Below are positions 58,117 through 64,000 of a stretch of DNA of 64,000 nucleotides, in pieces. Location of the stretch: contig CAXXYH010000004.1 in assembly GCA_963677925.2 (NCBI GenBank), positions 2,432,001 to 2,496,000 on the forward strand, given 5' to 3'. This DNA is from Spirochaetia bacterium (GTDB lineage: Bacteria; Spirochaetota; Spirochaetia; UBA9216). Below the pieces are notes generated by a model, which was not told the DNA's origin, ran no database searches, and saw nothing but the letters and a program-made list of their open reading frames with translations. The translations under genes and the position numbers were made by a program. Position 1 is the stretch's first letter, and each line of letters begins with the position of its first letter.

Positions 58117-59118
58117 ATGTTTACTTTTAATACTGCCGCCGGCGCCAATATTGCGTCGGCCTGGGGAATGTGGATAGTTGTGTTCGCGGCCCTGTTTATT
58201 CTTAATGAACTTGCACGCAGGTGGAAGGCTGCTGGATTCACAGCCTTTGTAGTTCTGCCTGCAGTACTTACTGTTCTGTGGTTTACAGTAATGAGTGATA
58301 CCACTTATACCGACTGGTTTCACCTGGCAAAGGTGTATTCATCAACTGCCGGCTGTATTGGTTTCTGGCTTATACGTCACCTTAAAGGAACAAACAAACT
58401 TACCGGTAAGCAGTGGAGACTTTCGGACAAGAAACTCGCTCTGATATTTCCTCCGCTGATCCTTGCTATCAATATTCTTGAAGCATGTGTTAGGGATTTT
58501 CAGATTGGTCTTCAGTACACAGGCGGCGGAATAACTGCCGATGAGGGAGTTTTTGTTCTTGGCGGTATATGGAACTATATGAACGGAATTGCAGGACTTC
58601 TTAATATTATAGCTATCACCGGATGGTTTGGTATTGTAATCAGGCGGCAGACAGAATGTGATAAGAGCCGCGACATGCTCTGGCCTGATATGCTCTGGTT
58701 CTGGATCATTGCCTATGATATCTGGAACTTCACATACACATACAACTGTCTGCCTCATCATGCATGGTACTGCGGTTTTGCCCTGCTGCTGGCGCCTACA
58801 CTATGTGCTTTCACAGTAGGCAAGGGGGCATGGCTTCAGCACCGTGCTCAGACTCTGGCACTCTGGTGCATGTTTGCACAGACCTTTCCGGCATTCCAGG
58901 ATGAGGGGATGTTTGCTGTTACCTCTACCTACAAGCCGGGACTGTATATGTTCTGGGGAGTACTTTCACTTGCAGTTAATATTGCAGTAATCGTGTATAT
59001 GCTTATCCGGGTTAAGAAAACCGGACGCAATCCGTATAAAGGAGAACTTTACACTGATAACCCGAAGTATCTTGAAGTTAAGGCTCTTGCAGAGGAACCT
59101 GCCGGAGCGGCTGTCTAA
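58117..59118 (+). CDS. Polytopic membrane protein, DUF5692-like
   Basis: ~9 TM; WFHLAKVYS, NILEA, WPDMLWFWIIAYDIWNFTYTYNC, WLQHRAQTL. Confidence 0.7.
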   Translation: MFTFNTAAGANIASAWGMWIVVFAALFILNELARRWKAAGFTAFVVLPAVLTVLWFTVMSDTTYTDWFHLAKVYSSTAGCIGFWLIRHLKGTNKLTGKQWRLSDKKLALIFPPLILAINILEACVRDFQIGLQYTGGGITADEGVFVLGGIWNYMNGIAGLLNIIAITGWFGIVIRRQTECDKSRDMLWPDMLWFWIIAYDIWNFTYTYNCLPHHAWYCGFALLLAPTLCAFTVGKGAWLQHRAQTLALWCMFAQTFPAFQDEGMFAVTSTYKPGLYMFWGVLSLAVNIAVIVYMLIRVKKTGRNPYKGELYTDNPKYLEVKALAEEPAGAAV

Positions 59119-59150
59119 CTTTAGGGTAAACTAAACGTGTTCGGCTAATC

Positions 59151-59183
59151 ACCGCGTCTTCGGGCGCGGTTTTTTTATTTTTT
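59151..59183 (+). terminator. Rho-independent terminator closing the hyp operon
   Basis: ACCGCGTC-TTCG-GGCGCGGT followed by T runs. Confidence 0.8.
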
Positions 59184-59305
59184 ATAAGTAATTAGTAAAT
59201 AAATTGCTTATATATAGAAATAATGTTATATTGAATACAGAAAGTTGAAGCAAACCAAAGTTCCGCATCTCTGAACCAATTTTCGAAGCTAAATCGGAGG
59301 TGTTT

Positions 59306-60166
59306 ATGAAATTAAATGGAAAAGTAATTGTTATCACCGGAGCAGGCGGAGGAATAGGACGTCAGCTTGTTGTTCAGGCTCTTGATGAAGGAGCATCAGT
59401 AGCGGCAGTGGATATAAATCCTGATGCCCTTGAGGCAACACAGCTTGCAGCCGGAAAACATGCCGACAGGCTGTCTCTTCACACTGCCAATATTACAGAC
59501 AGACACGCTGTCTGCGGTCTTCCTGAGGCTGTAAAAGCAGCCCATGGTAAAATTGATGCCATTATAAACAATGCAGGTATTATTCAGCCTTTTATTCCCT
59601 TTGCTGAACTTGACTATGAAACTATTCAAAGGGTTATGAATATAAATATCTACGGCATGATGTATATGACCCGTGCTTTTCTTCCGTATATCGGTGAATC
59701 CGCTGAGGGGTATATTGCAAACGTTTCAAGTATGGGCGGATTTCTGCCTGTTCCCGGTCAGGCTCTCTACGGGGCTTCAAAGGCTGCAGTAAAGCTGCTT
59801 ACAGAAGCCCTCAGATCAGAGCTGATAAATACAAATATACATGTTTCTGTAATTATGCCGGGCGGTGTTGCCACTGATATTACAAAGAATTCAGGTGTAG
59901 AAGCAAGTTCAAATGCTACCGAAGAAAACAGCTCAAACTACAAGATGACTACGCCCGAGGAAGCTGCGGCAATAATATTATCAGGAATAAAAAAGAATAA
60001 ACCGCGAATCCTTGTCGGTAAAGACGCAAAATTTATGGATTTTCTCAGCCGTCTGGCTCCTGTAAAGGCCAGCCAGTACATAACCAAAATGATGGCATCA
60101 CTTGTGGAACAACGGGGCGGAAATGAGGGACTGAAGACTGCAGGCTGTCTTGGGAAAGATAAGTAA
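59306..60166 (+). CDS. Short-chain dehydrogenase/reductase (SDR)
   Basis: TGAGGGIG, NNAGI, NVSS, YGASK, PGGVAT. Confidence 0.92.
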   Translation: MKLNGKVIVITGAGGGIGRQLVVQALDEGASVAAVDINPDALEATQLAAGKHADRLSLHTANITDRHAVCGLPEAVKAAHGKIDAIINNAGIIQPFIPFAELDYETIQRVMNINIYGMMYMTRAFLPYIGESAEGYIANVSSMGGFLPVPGQALYGASKAAVKLLTEALRSELINTNIHVSVIMPGGVATDITKNSGVEASSNATEENSSNYKMTTPEEAAAIILSGIKKNKPRILVGKDAKFMDFLSRLAPVKASQYITKMMASLVEQRGGNEGLKTAGCLGKDK

Positions 60167-60269
60167 TGGCGTAATTGCAATTTAATCAAAATCTAACAAT
60201 CTTAATCCTATAATAGCATTAACTTAATATATGAACTGCTTAAAGCAGGCTGATTATAGGAGTGAATAT

Positions 60270-60980
60270 TTGGATGAGGATAAGATTAAAAGCAATACAC
60301 TGACTGCCGAGGCTCTGGGAACATTTTTTCTTGTACTGATTGGCTGCGGCTCAATCGTTGTAAATAATGCAGCGGACGGGGTAATTGGCCATGCGGGTAT
60401 TTCTGCGGTTTTTGGAATGGTTGTTATGGCCATGATCTACTCAGTGGGCAATATTTCAGGAGCTCATCTGAATCCTGCTGTGACTATAGGCTTTCTTTTT
60501 GCTAAAAGAATCGGGATAAAGCAGGCTGTGTTCTACATAATATTTCAGATTATCGGGGCTGTTGCAGCTTCTCTGCTTTTGAAGTTTCTTTTTCCCCAGA
60601 GTCAGGGGCTTGGTGAGACCATTCCGGCGATAAATGTGATTAGGGCATTAACAATAGAAGTTGTGCTTACCTTCCTGCTTATGTTTGTAATTCTTAACGT
60701 CTCTACCGGTCATATGGAGAAAGGGATCATGGCCGGTGTAGCGATAGGTGCAACCGTCTGTATTGCTGCAATAGTCGGTGGCCCTCTCACCGGCGCTTCA
60801 ATGAATCCCGCACGCTCGCTTGGTCCCGGACTTATAAGCGGAAACCTTGCTCATATCTGGATCTACATAGCCGGTCCTATCATCGGTGCTGTTCTTGCCT
60901 CTCCGCTCTGCCGAATACTTCAGGGGCCCGAATGCTGTTATGTGGATTGTGATGTAAATAAATCGGTCGATGACCGATAA
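60270..60980 (+). CDS. MIP-family aquaporin (NIP-like)
   Basis: ISGAHLNPAVT and GASMNPARSLGP; TTG start after AGGAG (alternative ATG 60231). Confidence 0.92.
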   Translation: MDEDKIKSNTLTAEALGTFFLVLIGCGSIVVNNAADGVIGHAGISAVFGMVVMAMIYSVGNISGAHLNPAVTIGFLFAKRIGIKQAVFYIIFQIIGAVAASLLLKFLFPQSQGLGETIPAINVIRALTIEVVLTFLLMFVILNVSTGHMEKGIMAGVAIGATVCIAAIVGGPLTGASMNPARSLGPGLISGNLAHIWIYIAGPIIGAVLASPLCRILQGPECCYVDCDVNKSVDDR

Positions 60981-60995
60981 ATAGCCTGATCTCAT

Positions 60996-61025
60996 TTGAC
61001 AGCCTCTAATAAAAGAGGATACAAT
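60996..61025 (+). promoter_or_regulatory. sigma70 promoter of PFOR
   Basis: TTGACA-N18-TACAAT. Confidence 0.6.
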
Positions 61026-61054
61026 CGATCTATCCCACACACAAGGATCGAAAT

Positions 61055-64000
61055 ATGGCTAAGAAAGTATTGACGATTGACGGTAACGAAGCGGCGGCTC
61101 ATGTATCCTACGCATTCACCGAGATTGCCACTATATATCCAATTACACCCTCATCCCCGATGGCCGAGAAAGTAGACGAATGGTCCGCAGTTGGCAGAAA
61201 AAACATCTTCGGACAGCCGGTAAGGCTTGTTGAGATGCAGTCGGAAGCCGGAGCTGCCGGTGCTATGCATGGAACCCTTGAAGCGGGTGCACTTGCTACG
61301 ACTTATACGGCCTCACAGGGCCTTCTTTTAATGATTCCGCCCATGTACAGGATGGCAGGACAGCTTCATCCGGCGGTTATGCATGTGAGCTCCAGAACAC
61401 TCGGCACACATGCCTTTTCTATATTCGGAGATCATTCAGACGTAATGAGCTGTCGGCAGACCGGTTTTGCCATGCTTGCAAGCTCAAGTGTACAGGAAAT
61501 TGCCGACCTGGCCGCAGTAGCCCATATGTCGGCAATTAAGGCCCGTGTTCCATTTCTTCATTTCTTTGACGGTTTCAGGACTTCGCATGAAATTCAGAAG
61601 GCTGAATTTCTCGAATATGAAGACTATGCAAAACTGGTTGATATGGACGCGGTAAACGCTTTTCGCAGAAGAGCTCTCAACCCGGAACACCCGGTAATGA
61701 AGAGTACTGTTCAGAATCCCGATATGTTCTTTCAGGCCAGAGAGGCGATTAACCCTTACTACAACCAGGTTACTCCGATTGTTGAAGAGTACATGGAAAA
61801 AATGAACAGTATCACCGGCAGGAAGCTGGGACTGTTCAATTACTACGGAGATCCGCAGGCTGAAAATATAATAATAGCCATGGGTTCAGTAAGCGGTACA
61901 ATTGAAGAAACCGTTGATTACCTTCGCGGAAAAGGTGAAAAGGTCGGTTTCATTCAGGTTCACCTGTACAGACCTTTCTCTGTTAAGCATCTGCTTGATC
62001 TTATTCCGGCAAGTGCAAAGAACATTAGCGTGCTTGACCGGACAAAGGAGCCCGGAGCCATCGGTGAACCGCTGTACGTTGATGTTACATCAGCTGTTTA
62101 TTCTGCAGGACGGCAGATTCGAATCACCGGCGGCCGTTATGGACTTTCCTCAAAGGATACTACACCTGCCCAGATAGCCGGAGTCTTTGCGAACATGAGA
62201 TCTGCCGAACCTAAAAACGGCTTTACAATCGGTATTGAAGATGATGTGACCCATCTTTCACTAAAAGACGAACCGGTTTATATAGAAACTAAAAACATCA
62301 GCTGCAAGTTCTGGGGGCTCGGTTCGGACGGAACAGTCGGTGCAAACAAAAACACTATTAAAATTATCGGCGACTATACAGATCAGAATGTTCAGGCTTA
62401 TTTTGAATACGATACCAAGAAATCATACGGAATTACCAAATCAAACCTCCGCTTCGGAAATGAAAAGATACGCTCCAGTTATCTGGTAAAATCAGCAGAT
62501 TTTGTAGCCTGCCACAATGCATCATTCATTGACAAGTACGACATGCTGACGGATCTAAAACCCGGAGGAACCTTCCTTCTTAACTGCGGCTGGAATGCTG
62601 ATGAGCTTGAAGCCAACCTGCCTTCATCGGTTAAGAAAGGCCTGGCGGATAAGAATGTGAATTTCTTTACCATTGATGCAACTGCAATTGCTGAAGAGCT
62701 TGGCCTTGGAAACAGGACAAATACGGTACTTCAGGCCTCTTTCTTTAAACTTGCAAATATTATTCCTGTTGATGATGCTGTTAAGTACATGAAGGAAGGC
62801 ATCAAAAAGACCTACTTCAAAAAGGGTGAGGCTGTTATCAAGCTTAACTATGATGCCGTGGATAAGGGTATTGACGGAGCAGTCAGGGTGAATGTCCCTG
62901 AAGCCTGGAAATCAGCACCTGCCGATCCCGTTCATCCGGTAAATCCAGAATGGCCGTCATTCGTAAAGAATATACTGATTCCCGCAAATGCGCAGCGGGG
63001 CGATGAACTTCCGGTTAGTGCATTCAACGATATTGTTGACGGTGCTGTAAAGCTTGGAACCTCCCAGTATGAAAAACGCGGCATAGCCGTGAGTATTCCC
63101 GTATGGCAGCCGGAGAAATGTATTCAGTGCAATCAGTGTGCATATGTCTGTCCCCATGCTGTAATCCGCCCCTTCCTGCTGACAGACGAAGAGGCTTCCA
63201 ATGCTCCCGAGGGATTCAAGCTTGCAGAAACAAAGGGCAAGATGCCTGAGGGGCTTAAGTACAGTATTCAGGTCAGTACAATGGACTGTACCGGCTGCGG
63301 TATATGCGAAAACACATGTCCGGCAAAGGAAAAGGCTCTTGTAATGACGCCTTTTACTCCGAGCGCCGAATATGACGCATGCTGGGAGTACGCTTTTAAA
63401 CTGCCTGAGAAGGAAAATCCTGTTAGAAAGACTACGGTCAAGGGCAGTCAGTTTGAACAGCCTCTGCTTGAGTTCTCCGGTGCATGCGCCGGCTGCGGCG
63501 AAACACCCTATATCAAGGTTGTTACCCAGCTTTACGGCGACAAGATGTATTTTGCCAACGCTACCGGCTGTACCCAGGCATGGGGCGCCGCGATGCCTTC
63601 AATACCTTATACCGTAAATAAGAAAGGGAAAGGGCCGGCATGGTCGAATTCCCTGTTTGAAAATAATGCAGAGTTCAGCCTCGGAATGGCGCTTGCCGTA
63701 ACCCAGCAGAGAAACCGCCTTAAGGATCTGGCCTCCGGGCTTCTTGAAAGCACCCCTGACAGTGAACTAAAAGAGTCTATTACAAAATGGCTTGATACCT
63801 TCAGCAGTGATGCCGAATCTGAAGCCGCCTCAGTAGAACTTATATCGAAGCTTAAAGCATACAGCCCCTCAGCAGAGGAAAAGGATGCGGTTTCGGTTAT
63901 CCTTGAAAACGATGATCAGCTTGCAAAGAAGATGATGTGGATGATAGGCGGGGACGGCTGGGCCTATGATATCGGCTACGGCGGTCTTGATCATGTTCTT
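61055..64000 (+). CDS. nifJ: Pyruvate:ferredoxin/flavodoxin oxidoreductase (single-chain PFOR), 3' end beyond the window; absent from the ORF track
   Basis: MAKKVLTIDGNEAAA, IYPITPSS, EMQSEAGAAG, GLGSDGTVGANK, CIQCNQCAYVCP, CTGCGICENTCP, CAGCGE, GGDGWAYDIG; end motifs are in frame with the start. Confidence 0.93.
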   Translation, partial: MAKKVLTIDGNEAAAHVSYAFTEIATIYPITPSSPMAEKVDEWSAVGRKNIFGQPVRLVEMQSEAGAAGAMHGTLEAGALATTYTASQGLLLMIPPMYRMAGQLHPAVMHVSSRTLGTHAFSIFGDHSDVMSCRQTGFAMLASSSVQEIADLAAVAHMSAIKARVPFLHFFDGFRTSHEIQKAEFLEYEDYAKLVDMDAVNAFRRRALNPEHPVMKSTVQNPDMFFQAREAINPYYNQVTPIVEEYMEKMNSITGRKLGLFNYYGDPQAENIIIAMGSVSGTIEETVDYLRGKGEKVGFIQVHLYRPFSVKHLLDLIPASAKNISVLDRTKEPGAIGEPLYVDVTSAVYSAGRQIRITGGRYGLSSKDTTPAQIAGVFANMRSAEPKNGFTIGIEDDVTHLSLKDEPVYIETKNISCKFWGLGSDGTVGANKNTIKIIGDYTDQNVQAYFEYDTKKSYGITKSNLRFGNEKIRSSYLVKSADFVACHNASFIDKYDMLTDLKPGGTFLLNCGWNADELEANLPSSVKKGLADKNVNFFTIDATAIAEELGLGNRTNTVLQASFFKLANIIPVDDAVKYMKEGIKKTYFKKGEAVIKLNYDAVDKGIDGAVRVNVPEAWKSAPADPVHPVNPEWPSFVKNILIPANAQRGDELPVSAFNDIVDGAVKLGTSQYEKRGIAVSIPVWQPEKCIQCNQCAYVCPHAVIRPFLLTDEEASNAPEGFKLAETKGKMPEGLKYSIQVSTMDCTGCGICENTCPAKEKALVMTPFTPSAEYDACWEYAFKLPEKENPVRKTTVKGSQFEQPLLEFSGACAGCGETPYIKVVTQLYGDKMYFANATGCTQAWGAAMPSIPYTVNKKGKGPAWSNSLFENNAEFSLGMALAVTQQRNRLKDLASGLLESTPDSELKESITKWLDTFSSDAESEAASVELISKLKAYSPSAEEKDAVSVILENDDQLAKKMMWMIGGDGWAYDIGYGGLDHVL

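Noticed and set aside
1-64000. CRISPR arrays, rRNA, prophage or transposase genes
   Set aside because: No regularly spaced direct repeats, rRNA signatures or mobile-element proteins seen; intergenic gaps are short

Overview
Bacterial chromosomal window, very likely from an anaerobic Spirochaetaceae member (two tandem FlaA sheath genes; flgF-flgG-flgJ-rpoS-polysaccharide deacetylase-tsaD in Borrelia-like order). It holds about 50 CDS and tRNA-Thr(CGT); no integrase, transposase, CRISPR array or rRNA was seen. Ordinary content: xylose catabolism, fba, satP, tatD, c-di-GMP enzymes, two tripartite exporters, 4-hydroxybutyryl-CoA dehydratase, and a PFOR cut by the window end. Two loci stand out as candidate undescribed systems. 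(1) A nickel-delivery operon (Ni permease, hypB, ~900-aa Cys-rich Fe-S flavoenzyme, hypA, DUF5692-like membrane protein, divergent FadR) with no hydrogenase or urease in the window, implying an unknown Ni client; the flavoenzyme has a 1-nt frameshift. (2) A PilZ-less cellulose-synthase-like GT2 with a ~150-aa insertion, sandwiched between a membrane PAS-PP2C-kinase fusion and a STAS protein. Also notable: a sigma54 promoter on rpoS, a sigma54 dpp operon with tandem enhancer palindromes but no binding protein, a structured abfD leader with an anti-SD, a YtrA-type operator, and USP paralogs bracketing the xylose genes. All family calls come from reading motifs by eye; no database searches were run.
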